DNA of 64,000 bases from Lingula anatina (Eukaryota > Animalia > Brachiopoda), in NCBI GenBank assembly GCA_051362555.1, contig CM120643.1, positions 9,300,001 to 9,364,000 on the forward strand. The letters are read 5' to 3'. The notes below the pieces were generated by a model. The model had not been told where the DNA came from. It saw only the letters and a program-made list of their open reading frames with translations, and made no database searches. A program made the position numbers and the translations under genes. Shown here piece by piece: positions 23,482-35,900 of the stretch; positions within the stretch are counted from its first letter, which is position 1; each line of letters begins with the position of its first letter.

Positions 23482-25082
23482 CTTTTCACCATGAACTAAA
23501 CTTTGCATATTTTGCTTCCCTTTTTTCTCCAAAACTGGCAGAGATAGGTCCATAGTTACTATTGAACTTGAATAGGAAGTCATACACTGGCAATCTAAAT
23601 GTGACCTTGAAATTGACCTTTGACCTACTTTTCACCATGAACTTACCTTTGCAAATTTTGTTTCCCTTTTATCTCCAAAACTGGCTGAGATAGGTCCATA
23701 GTTACTATTGAACTTGAATGGGAAGTCATATACTGGCAATCTAAATGTGACCTTGAAATTGACCTTTGACCTACTTTTCACCATGAACTGAACTTTCCAA
23801 ATTTTGCTTCCCTTTTATCTCCAAAACTGGCAGAGATAGGTCCATAGTTACTATTGAACTTGAATGGGAAGTCAAATACTGGCAATCTAAATGTGACCTT
23901 GAAATTGACCTTTGACCTACTTTTTACCATGAACTGACCTTTGCAAATTTTGCTTCCCTTTTATCTCCAAAACTGGCAGAGATAGGTCCATAGTTACTAT
24001 TGAACTTGAATAGGAAGTCATACACTGGCAATCTAAATGTGACCTTGAAATTGACCTTTGACCTACTTTTCACCATGAACTGAACTTTCCAAATTTTGCT
24101 TCCCTTTTATCTCCAAAACTGGCAGAGATAGGTCCATAGTTACTATTGAACTTGAATACGAAGTCATACACTGGCAATCTAAATGTGACCTTGAAATTGA
24201 CCTTTGACCTTCTTTTCACCATGAACTTACCTTTGCAAATTTTGCTTCCCTTTCATATCCAAAACTGGCAGAGATAGGTCCATAGTTACTATTGAAGTTG
24301 AATAGGAAGTCATATACTGGCAATCTAAATGTGACCTTGAAATTGACCTTTGACCTACTTTTCACCATGAACTGAACTATGCAAATTTTGCTTCCCTTTT
24401 ATCTCCAAAACTGGCAGAGATAGGTCCATAGTTACTATTGAAGTTGAATAGGAAGTCATACACTGGCAATCTTAATGTGACCTTGAAATTGACCTTTGAC
24501 CTACTTTTCACCATGAACTGAACTTTGAAAATTTTGCTTCCCTTTCATATCCAAAACTGGCAGAGATAGGTCCATAGTTACTATTGAACTAGAATAGGAA
24601 GTCATACACTGGCAATCTAAATGTGACCTTGAAATTGACCTTTGACCTACTTTTCACCATGAACTGAACTTTGCAAATTTTGCTTCCCTTTTATCTCCAA
24701 AACTGGCAGAGATAGGTCCATAGTTACTATTGAAGTTGAATAGGAAGTCATACACTGGCAATCTTAATGTGACCTTGAAATTGACCTTTGACCTACTTTT
24801 CACCATGAACTGAACTTTGAAAATTTTGCTTCCCTTTCATATCCAAAACTGGCAGAGATAGGTCCATAGTTACTATTGAACTAGAATAGGAAGTCATACA
24901 CTGGCAATCTAAATGTGACCTTGAAATTGACCTTTGACCTACTTTTCACCATGAACTGAACTTTGCAAATTTTGCTTCCCTTTTATCTCCCAAACTGGCA
25001 GAGATAGGTCCAAAGTTACTTTTGAAGTTGAATAGGAAGTCAAATACTGGCAATCTAACTGTGAAATTGACCTTTGACCTAC
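23479..25082 (+). repeat. Satellite-like tandem array, 11 x 146 bp
   Basis: The unit start ctacttttcaccatgaac recurs at 23479, 23625, 23771, 23917, 24063 ... 24939 (period 146). Copies are highly similar; the last is slightly deleted. Confidence 0.95.
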
Positions 25083-26284
25083 CTTTTGATGAACTTTTGA
25101 TATATTTTTTTTGCATATTTTGAAAATTGTTGATTGCATTTTTACAGCTTGTCAAGCAAAAGACTGGTGGCTGTGTCCCTTATTTTGTGTATGTGGGGGT
25201 CTATACGAATGCGCTTGCTCCAGCTGGTGGTACAATATTCAGAGGCGGTATCGCCTCTCTGATCCTCTAGTTTTGATTAATAGCAACATAAATGTTACAA
25301 CTTTATTACGGGTTCTTAAATTATGGAACATATGTACAGTACTAGTACGTATCTGCATGTACCGTTGACGACCACGAGTTGGAGAAAGTGCACATGAACT
25401 TGATGAAAGCTCACAGTTTGAGTTTCTCTTTATAAAAAAAAAAGAAATAAAATGAAGAAGGAACTTAATTAGACTCGGGCTGGACACTCCCTGTCAAAGC
25501 TTCAATTGGATGAAAGAGACGGCCTTACTGTGCTGTTTCACAATGCATATGCTATTGCCAAAAACAACGGGTGAAATGGTTATCTGATTAACAGACGTTT
25601 TTATGGACATGCATACATTTGATATTACTAGCTACACATTCTTCATACTTGTATTGTTTTTAGTCCTTGTGTCATTCCACAACGCCTTTTTCATTAGATA
25701 AAAAAACTTTTTTTTTTGGTTTTATTTTACTTTTTTACAAATAAATATATATAAAAAAATTTAATATTTGATTTAATGTCGATGATTTAAATGTTAGAAA
25801 ATACACATGAAAACATGAATAAATAACAGCAAAATGAATCAAAAATTATTGAGTATTCAAAGTTAAGTATTGGATTTTGTACAAGTTAAAAAGTAGAAAA
25901 ATTGAATAAGTGAGATGGTTAAAACATAGTAAATCTCAGGATGAAAGCTAGGAGCTACTCTACAGACCAAATATTGCAAAATTTCCTGGATTCCATAGCG
26001 CTAAGAGTTTGCCTCAGTGTTTGGTCTCTGATTCAAGTACTCCCTAGCTACTTGTGCTAATGCCGAAATCCGAGAAAGTCAAGGGTTGCTGTTCAACTAG
26101 TGCATAATGAAAAGACCCAAAAACTACACACCAGCTCAGTAATAATAACAATACTATAAGCATAATAAAATGACAGGTAAATGTTTCCAAAATAAGGGCT
26201 AAAATTATATTTTACTTACGATTTACACTGTTTGCTATCACTTTGTGCTGTCATCTCTCTGTATTTTTTACTTGAGGTTGTCCA

Positions 26285-26294
26285 GTCACGTGAC
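26285..26294. promoter_or_regulatory. Perfect GTCACGTGAC E-box (USF/MiT-TFE CLEAR-type) in the presumed sacsin promoter
   Basis: Palindrome in a CpG-richer patch ~190 bp before a GTAAGT donor (~26477) that probably ends a 5'UTR exon. Function is inferred only. Confidence 0.4.
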
Positions 26295-26953
26295 AATAAC
26301 AAGAAGTGCCGCGTCTGCTATAGAAATGCTGTACGCGTACGCATCTGCGTGGTGACTTTTTATTAACAAAATAGTACCGTCACATTATTGCTCTCTCAGT
26401 TTCGTTGATTGAGTGTAATGATTGCAATAAACAATGGTGAGGAAATGCCAAACACAAAAACACGCTGGGTCTTTGTGTAAGTACGGTATTCAGAGTACTT
26501 TCGTTCATACCGAATAGAGATAGCGATCAGCTAGCTACTCAATAATACTAGTACCACACTGCAGGGAAAGCTACCTAGGCTGTGTTTATTTTTAAAACAA
26601 AACATTTACTTTTACAAGCCAGCTTCCTCGGTAAATTGAAAAGAAAACAACCCCTTGTAAGCTGACTCAAGTTGAGAAATGACATAGAATCTAGATCAAA
26701 TTTTGGTGTAGAGCGGACCTTTTCCCAAAGAAAAGGGTAGTTCGTTCATATATACACTCACCTTTTGCATTGGGATCTGTTTTGGACCCTTCTATCATCA
26801 TTTCACAAAGGATTGTTATTAGATATAATGTTTATTTAAATTATTTCTGTTATTACAGATTAGGCCATAATGAGTCCTAAAGTGCTAGTGTGCATGGAGG
26901 TGATGTGATGTCTAAAGACAAACAAAAATAATTAACTTCTGATTCAAACAAAA

Positions 26954-29900
26954 ATGGCTGACCGTAAGTACATAAATGATAAAAGTAAGATAATAATTAA
27001 TAGTTAAAAGTTGTGACATTACTCTGTATTTATCTCAGATATTTGGTATCTATTAAAAAAAGTGATTTTAATGTTTCAAATCGACAAACTATGTAAGTGT
27101 AAACATAAAGATATCCATACACCTTAATTTGAAGGTATATACAGTATGTTATTGTCTCTCATTTTAAACGTTGTCTACATTATGTTGATGACATAATCTG
27201 CTAGTACAAATTATTGAAGAAGCAGCTTTGGGAAGTTTTGTTTGAAGACTTTCTGGTATTTGTTACCCTAGGGTAGTATATGTACATGTAGAATAAAATC
27301 CTTACCATTTATATTTTAGGTGGTTTTGGCATTCGGACGCCTTCTTTAATTGAGCAGCTGAAAGCAGTGTTAGACCAATATCCAGATGATGGGCAGATTC
27401 TGAAGGTTAAGTTTTCATGTAGTTTTTCTTACTTTGATGCTTTTATTTAGTCATGCATGCATCTACATAAATATGAAATTGTGAGGATTTTTAAAGTTAT
27501 AAAAAGAAAGAGAAAACTGACTTTGTATATGTCAATCTTTTAGGAATTAATCCAGAATGCTGAGGATGCTGGAGCAAAATCTGTGAAATTTGTGAATGAC
27601 AGACGCCAGTTTTCTGCAAAGTCTCTGTATCAACCAGATTTGAAGATATTTCAGGTATATGTAACATGTTTTAAAGCAAATAAACCCTTTTTATTCTATT
27701 ATATTGGATATGTAAAGGTTGGATATATGTCTCTATTCTTACAGACTTAAAGGGATAATAACTCTTCGTATGAGGTCTATATTTCACAATAAAACATTTT
27801 GAATAACTCACAGAAATATAAGATATTCTGTTTTACAAGCAAAAACAGCAGTTATAGCTATTATTCTGATATCTGAGCTTGTCTTCAGACCACATGACCT
27901 CCATTGATTGCTATACTCTATTATAATCTCTTAAGAGATTTTGACAAAAAAACAAACTTGTTAGAAAAATACAGCGACTAACTTTGAATGTAAAAATGGA
28001 TTCATTAACCATTGGTTAGTATGGGAAAATTGTCGTTTACTCCAGGAAAATTCATTTTTTGGCCAAAATGAAGAGTTATTATCCCTTTAAGGTACAGTTC
28101 CTCAGTTAAGTCCTTATTCATAGATGGTCAGCTAGCATTTGTCTGCTTTTGTTTGTTTTATGTTTAATGATTATTTTTTACATTTTATTAAAATTCCTTT
28201 CATAAACATACGGTACTTATATCCTCTACCTGATCAGACTTTAGGAAAGGCGTCGGACATGCCTCGCAAATTTCGTCTCGGTCCAATAAAAAATCCTGTA
28301 TCGTCGGACCTTATGTCTGGCGAATTTTCAAATTGACTAAAAATGTGTAAATATGAAGAATACGTTGTTGTTTCCTTGCTGGACGATATATTTTACTTCA
28401 TTCGAAAAGAGAGATGGGGTGAAAATCTCGGGGAGTTACCAGCTAATTATACATAATTTATTAACCTCAGTTTCACTCACAAATAGGCCTACTATTTTGT
28501 GATTGGCTGAGGTTAGGGGATTCCTGGATGATGTAATGTACAGTCTCATTTTCGTTTTTGTAATACCCCTAAGCTCCCTACATGACAAAATGGCCGCAAC
28601 ACATGTGCTCGTGCTATTTGCGTTTTTACAGACTTGATCCTCTGATCAGTCATACACAGTACTCATGGATAAGCCGTTTGTTTTGAAAAAAGACGTTGTT
28701 GAACTTTAAACACTTCGTTGGTGCAAAGCGTGGCAAAAATGAAAACGAAGTGAGGAAGAGAAACGGAAGTTTACTAAAATTGGAAAGAAGGTAGGCCCTG
28801 GCAGACTTATGATCTGTAGGAGAGGGAAATAGTGTGTGCCAAGTGTCAGGAGTACTAAAGTTATCATTTTGATCAATAGCAACATAAATGTTACAGCTTT
28901 ATTACAGGTCCTTAAATTATGGAACATAAGTACGTATTTGCATGTACCGTTCACCACGAGTTGGAGAAAATGCACATGTACTTGAGGAAAGCTCACTGTT
29001 TGAGTTTCTTTTTATAAAAAAAGAAATAAAATGAATAAGGAACTTAGACTCGGGCTAGACAGTCCCTGTCAAAGCTTCAATTGGACGAAAGAGACCACCT
29101 TACTGTGCTGTTTCAAAATGCATATGTTATTGTCAAAAACAACGTGTGAAATGGTTATCTGATTAAAAGACGTTTTATGGACATACATTTGATATTACTA
29201 GCTACACATTCTTCATACTTGTATTGTTTTTAGTCCTTGTGTCATTCCACAATGACTTTTTCATTAAATAAAAAACTACTTGTTATGCAAGTAATTTTGT
29301 CTATTTTTTCTTTTTTATTTTACTTTTTTACAAATAAATATATATCAAAAATTTAATATTTGATTTAATGACAATGATTTAAAACGTTAGAAAATACACA
29401 TGAAAACATGAATAACGGTTCATATTTCTATTATTTTACTTCGGTCTTACAGATTTTGTTTCGGTCTGACAGAATTATCAAGCTTATCAGACCGAATGTC
29501 TGACAGATTTTTTGGCCTTTCGTAAAGTCTGCCCGATTGATTTTTCACAAGATAATCACAGATATGTCTTTAGATAAATAGACATGCAGTCATTTGATTC
29601 TCTGTTTTTTGAAATTTGCCTATAATATTTGCCACCCAGGTAGAGGGTAGTATTTACTAAGGTAATGATAATTGAGTCTTATATACTGCAGGGAACGAGG
29701 TACTTTGAACTCTTCAGGAAGTATATGTTTATGGAGTTTATTGTAAATTCTTTCTTTTATACACGGTACCCTTTAAAGGTACATAAAATATAGGATTTAA
29801 ACCCTATTCCAAGTATTCTTGTTGAGCTTATCTGAGGACAATCAAAACTTTTTGTATGTAAAATGACAGATGAATGAACTTAATCAGTATTGCAAAAAAT

Positions 29901-32900
29901 AATCATTTACACTGTCCCCTGTCAAACCTCAGTTATAGTCAGTCATCTCAACATAGTTGGAAAAGAGTGTGATTTACAGTGCAAGAATTTCGCAATATCT
30001 GGAAATGAAGGCAATATGGGCATTAATGCTGTGTATAAATAACTTCCACTTATATGTGTGGGTTTGGATCTTTGGCTTTGGCTAAGAGTTATGGTGAGTG
30101 TCAGGAAATTAAGGAAGATTTAAGGCTGGTAATTCCATGAAAATGCTGTGTACCCTGGGATAATTCATTAAATATGAATTTTGGCAAAATCCTAGCTGTT
30201 TTGTGTGCCTGTGAAGTATAATAGCCCATTCACACTACAGTTGCAAAAATGCACATTTCTATAATCCGAATTTTTCGTGGGGAATCCGATTCGGTATTGC
30301 GTTCACACACGCTAAGCGAAACCGAATTACACATTGAAAATTTCAGGTCTAACTTCCTGTTTTGAACACTCGCACATGCCCCGCACAGGAAATCTTAAAA
30401 TACCTACAAAAATTTGTGACGACAAATGCAACTCTAAAGACATTCCAGCATTCTTGAGAAGTATAAGATGGCAAAATAAGTTTGTTTCCTCATGTTGTAG
30501 TGAGTGGTGACCTCCAAATAGGTTTGATGCAATCCCTAAAGTAATAAACAAGCGTTCATAGATACCCGCACTTATCTGCACACATGCGCAGTTAGATCTG
30601 TACAGGTGTGGATTCCGGTAAGTTATCCGGATCGCGCTTAGAAATCCCACTCGCTTGCAGGATTTTGAAAATGCGCATTACAAAAATCCTCTTGCGTTCA
30701 CACTACTGCATTTATTCGAATTGTGACCTAATTCGCAATTTATCCGGATAACTGAGCTTAGTGTGAACGGGGTATAAGTTATCAGATCTAGAGTAACTAC
30801 ATGCCTTTCTTTGATCCATATGTGCCCATGAAATATAACAAAGGTGCTGAGCTTACATGTGTATTTCGGCACCGATTTAATTGGTGAGTCTTACAGTTGC
30901 ACACTAAAATCAACCAAATCGAGCCATTTCCCCAACACCTTTTTCAGGTCAGGGACCACTGTATTAAAAAATATAAATATTTATTAATTTTAAATGTTTA
31001 ATATATGTTTTGGTATTTCAGTGACCCTTGAATTAAAAAAAGTCCCCAGGCACATCCCTTGTGGAACATGTAGGTCTGTCTGGGGTAGTGCTGGCAATTT
31101 TTTTTCTTGTTTAGCCAAAATACTACTTTTTCATCTTTATTGTGTCCAAAGTAAGTCAAATCAACCCTATTTTGTTTACGGTAGCCAGTTTAAGTCAGTT
31201 TTAGCATATGGCTAGATTGGCGAGTGTTAGCGCTACCCCAGCATTTGACACTCGCACTCACCAGCATGCCAATGCGAGTAAAAATTAAATCTGGCGTGTG
31301 AAATTTATGACACAAGTCGCCATTTGGGCGAGTTAATTTATGTCAACTTTCTTTATTAAGTGTATCGGTAAAATTTAGACTCAATAAAAGTGCGATTGAC
31401 ATGCCAACATTTACGGGGAAGTTCAGGGAATTCCCCTAACTGCTAACCTCGTTTTTACTTTCATAAGTAATAAACGTGATTGGTTGATGTTGAGGAATTC
31501 TGTAATGACTTATTCACAGTCTCACTGTGGATTTTGAAAGTTCCTAACCTTCGTTTGCGCGACGGAGTTTGATGAAGTACGTCTTGAGATTATGCACAGT
31601 CGATACTTCCGGGAGAAAGCATGTAAGTGGATCATGGAGCAGATAGTTAAAAAATTACGAACGTCCCGCAAAAGAGACGGAGAACGTCTCAGAATCAGCA
31701 TCAAATGATGAGTAAACAAAATCAAAGCAGAAACGAACTGATGCAAGCTAACGGTCTGAGCTCTCTGACTCAAAGCATGTTTTTGACTTCTCTAAAAATC
31801 TTTTTTCTGAGCAGAGCAAAAAAAAAGGTTTTTTCAAACGCACGAAGATTAGCAACGTGTTTAGGGTAAGAGAACTTGAATTACCTACCTTGCGCTAATA
31901 CAATACAAAACAATACAATACCATTCAAATAAAGCAATATAACAAATTTTATTTCACCTCGGATACACTTAAAATTTTAACAATCTCGTCAGCTTTACAG
32001 CTATTCACCGATTTCATCTCAGTCAGAGCGACCTACTGTACAGAGTTCACCCATAATATCACGAGTTTAGTTGTAATATTTTAATAAAATATTTAATTAA
32101 AGCTCATTTTAATATTTATCTTGAAACAAGTACTTCTAGAGTCTAAACTGAGTAAAACGATTAATCAAAACAGTTTTTAATTTTATCTTTATTTGCATAT
32201 GACTTATAACTAACTATGCAGCATTGGTACCTGATAACATCTCAATCATCCGTCATTACCACATGGCCTTTACTTTAAATACTTGGCTGGTAACTTCTTA
32301 ATAAAACAATCCAAAATCTGGCTTGTACATTTTCAGTTTGGCCTGTAACTTTCAAAACACTGGCCAAATTGGCCTGTGCTATTTCAAACGAAGGTCAAAC
32401 ACTGTACCCAAGTCTGTCAGTGCCAAAATTACCTTACTTATGGTAAAGGCAAAGATAACAAAAAATACAATGTCATAAGAATTTGAGTCCTGTTACCTCC
32501 CCTCCCCTCCCCTGGGACAGCCTAATTAACCCACAGTTCCACTAAAATTCTAAAGTCATGTATGTCTCTTATGATAGTTGTAAAAATTTGAAAATTATGT
32601 CAGGCTTCCAAATTTTGTAGGAAGACTATTCTGTGTAATGTTTTTCACTTTAAGAATTTCATCAAACTTGAAAATGGGCCACTTAATAATTTTGAAAAGT
32701 TCCTTACCAAATGTGCGTGGCTGTGCCAGATTCACACATTATAAAATATTAATTAATTTTTAAGTGATGAAAAAAAAATTAATACCAAAATTTCCTCCCC
32801 CTAATGGTTTAGAATGGATGAGATAGCAGAAATTGCAATGTAAAAGGAATAAAGAATATCACACACACACCCCCTTCCTAGCTCCCCCAACCCAGGGACA

Positions 32901-35900
32901 GCCTAACCCTGTGTGGCATTAAAATCATTTATAAAGCATTCTAAATGTATTTTCATCTTTTGAATTGTTCTTTTCACTTATATCTCAGGGTCCAGCTCTG
33001 TATGCCTACAATGATGCTGTTTTTTGTGATAAAGACTGGGACAGAATAGGAGCCATCCACAATAGTAGCAAGAGAGATGATCCACTGAAAGTTGGAAAAT
33101 TTGGGTTGGGGTTCAAGTCTGTCTTTCACATGACAGGTATGAGTGGCAATCTGTTAAATGGCAATATACATGCAGCACAAACAGCAAATAGAGATGCACC
33201 AGGCCCGTAGCTGTGTGTGTGTGTGGGGGGGGGGGGGGGGGGGGGTTCAAAAGAACCACCCTTTTTGCTTGGAAAAAGGTCCACTCTGGGTAAAATTTGA
33301 CCTATGTACTTGTACTTTTATGGTAAAAGGTCCACTTTTTCAGAAAACGAACCCCCCCCTCTGAAATTGCCTGCTACGGGCCTGTGCACTATCTTCAGAA
33401 AAATATATACAATTTTTGCCTGTGGATATACATGTACAAATTTATGCTCAACAATTTTACACATGTAACGAATCACCTTGTCAATTCCAAAGAATATTGA
33501 AACATAGCAAGACAAAAATCTAAATTTACTAAGTGGGTTTTGCTTCAGTTTTTATATACAGACACTGTAATTGTCTGTATATATTCTGATTGGTCTGTCT
33601 GTCCACGTAATCACCATCACTATTTCTGTCCAACACATGACATTCACCCCATATTATAGCTTCCAAAAGGTATTTTTGTTTTACTTTAAATTTACTTAAT
33701 GGTAATCTTCTTTTTTCACAGTTTTGTTGAAGTTTGCCCTATAACTTCCAAACACAACAAGGGCAAAGATGTTTAAATACCTGTATGTGAAGGGGGCACA
33801 GGCTTAGTTCAGTCAATAATATCATTAATTAATAATTTTGACCAAAACTCCACCTAGTGATCAAAACAATTGCACTGAGGAAGACCACAGCAAAGAGAAG
33901 ATGGAAATTTCTGCACACACAGGTATTTTAACATCTTTTGCCTCATTCTCTTTTGGCTGTATTGCTTGGGACACTTGGCTGAGTTACTTCTCCAGCAGGT
34001 AACACAACAGCAGTGATATGTTTTCCAGGGATTAACTACTAACTGACTGATCTCTACGCTTATTTCTCTGACTGCCATTATTTGATGCACTCTTTTCTGC
34101 GTCTGAACATTTGTCAGCTTTGCTGCCTTGTTTCCTGTATGGTGTCTGGATATTTGTCAGCTTTGCTGTGTTGTTTAATATTACCAGCAATAATTCAAGT
34201 TAATTCACATGCATGTGGTATCGTGGGCAATATATTGTTTGTTTGGTGAAGAGGTAGGTTGATTTTGAAAATTGGCATAATTTTTAATCAATTTTGATTC
34301 TGTCTTTTCACAGTTTTGGTGATGTTAGCCCCATTACTGCCAAACTTTATTATTATTTTTTTAATATCTAATTTTTTACACATTAGCAATTTCAGTGGCT
34401 TTTTTAGCCCATGAAATTGAATTACTTGCTGGCTTTTCAATGTCCATGCCACCTGTAGTACATAGTGTGAGAGAGTAAGAGTGATTGTGCTGTTTTAAAG
34501 CATAGTATAATAGTGCATCAAAATTAGCCAAAACATTATTTGGTGCATTCTTTTCTGCATCTGAATGTCTGAATATTTGTCGCCTTTGCTGCCTTGGTTC
34601 TTGTATGATATCTGTATATCTGTCGGCTTTGCTGTCTAGTTTAATATTACCAGCAATAATTCAAGTTATTCCACATGCATGTGGTATCATGGGCAATATT
34701 TTGTCTTTCAAAGCTCAGTGATCTATATCGCTGTATTGTCTCAGGCAAATCACTGCATGCATGTTCAGCATAGGGCTATAGCTTTTGGTTAATGCATTGA
34801 TATAATACAGCAGGGGCGGATTGAGGCTGTCTTCTGAAAGACAGTCAGATTTTCAAGTTTACATTGCGAGTATCTAATTTTTTCTGTAAGAAGACAGTCA
34901 AAAATTGAGGATGGATCAACAAAGAAAATTTTGAAGATGGTCAGAAAATAGCTCTGGATCTGCCCCTGTACAGGGATGCAAAGATCTTATGTTCTTGGGC
35001 TAAAACATACTTGTCTGTGCATCCATGCATCTCTAGGTAAATGCCTGGCCCCTGTACATAAATCCTCTGAGCCTCGGCACAAATCCCATGTTCCTGTGCA
35101 CAAATACAAATCCTACTGGCCTGGGCATAAATCTTATATGTCAGTGCATAGATTGATTGTGTCTGTCCATAAACCCTTTGAACCTGTGCATAGGTTTTAT
35201 ATGTGCCTTTGTATAAACCTTTTGTGCTTGGGCATTTATTTTTCTTTTCTTCTACATTTTCTTCTAGATTTACCAAGCATGATAAGTGGAGACAAGATAG
35301 GATTCCTAGATCCACATGAAAAATTCTTTGGTAGTGGAACAACAGGGAAGCAATGGCACCTTAAAAATGATAAAGAGGAAATCTCTGCCCTGCATGATCA
35401 GTTTGAACCATTTGAGGGGATTTTTTGTGGACGTGACAAAACATTCAATGGTGTAGATTATAAGGGAACACTATTTCGTTTTCCACTCAGAACAGGTTCA
35501 CAAGATCCCTCTCAATTCTGTTCACAATTGTCAGAGCAGACATATGCATCAGAAAAAATTGACAGTTTGTTCAAATCTTTCATGACATGTGCATATATGA
35601 ACCTTCTGTTTTTGTCTTCGCTGGAAAGCATTGAATTGTATGAAAGAACAGAAGAAAGTGATAAACCAGAGTTAATCTTCCATTTGGCATTAGATAAAGA
35701 GTGCATCAAAGGTGTGAGATCAAAGCGTGGAGAGTTTTTGTCAAAAATTGCTAGGGTGCGACAAACCAATGAGTGGCCAGAAAAACCAATTCAGTTTACA
35801 TATGAGCTCCAATTCACAGAGACAACATATATCCACCAAACAGCAGCCACCTCACCTACCCCCTCAAAGAATGCCAGATTGTCTGTTGACAAAACTTCCA

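Larger units (their letters stand above)
22531..25270 (+). mobile_element. Helentron-associated non-autonomous element (HINE/DINE-1-like) carrying a satellite array
   Basis: 5' subTIR TTGTACCACCAGC is followed by its inverted partner (GCTGGCGGTACA). The 3' end has subTIR GCTGGTGGTACAA (~25224), hairpin TCAGAGGCG..CGCCTCTCTGA and terminal CTAG. Inserted at a T-run without TSD; the empty paralogous site ttatca|ttttgat is at 28861-28873. Confidence 0.85.

Noticed and set aside
23479-25082. 146-bp repeat array as CRISPR or coding repeat
   Set aside because: The whole monomer is repeated with no spacers, the period is not a multiple of 3, and no long ORF spans it.
31222-32405. Possible further hAT-like element (GAGTGTTAGCGC...CAAACACTG)
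   Set aside because: Termini are too degenerate and no TSD is visible, so I cannot support boundaries.
34976-35267. N-terminal ~97 aa of the 654-aa ORF (HK-rich repeats)
   Set aside because: Intronic degenerate ~21-bp tandem repeat that happens to be open. A polypyrimidine/AG acceptor at 35267 joins in frame to exon 32989-33136.
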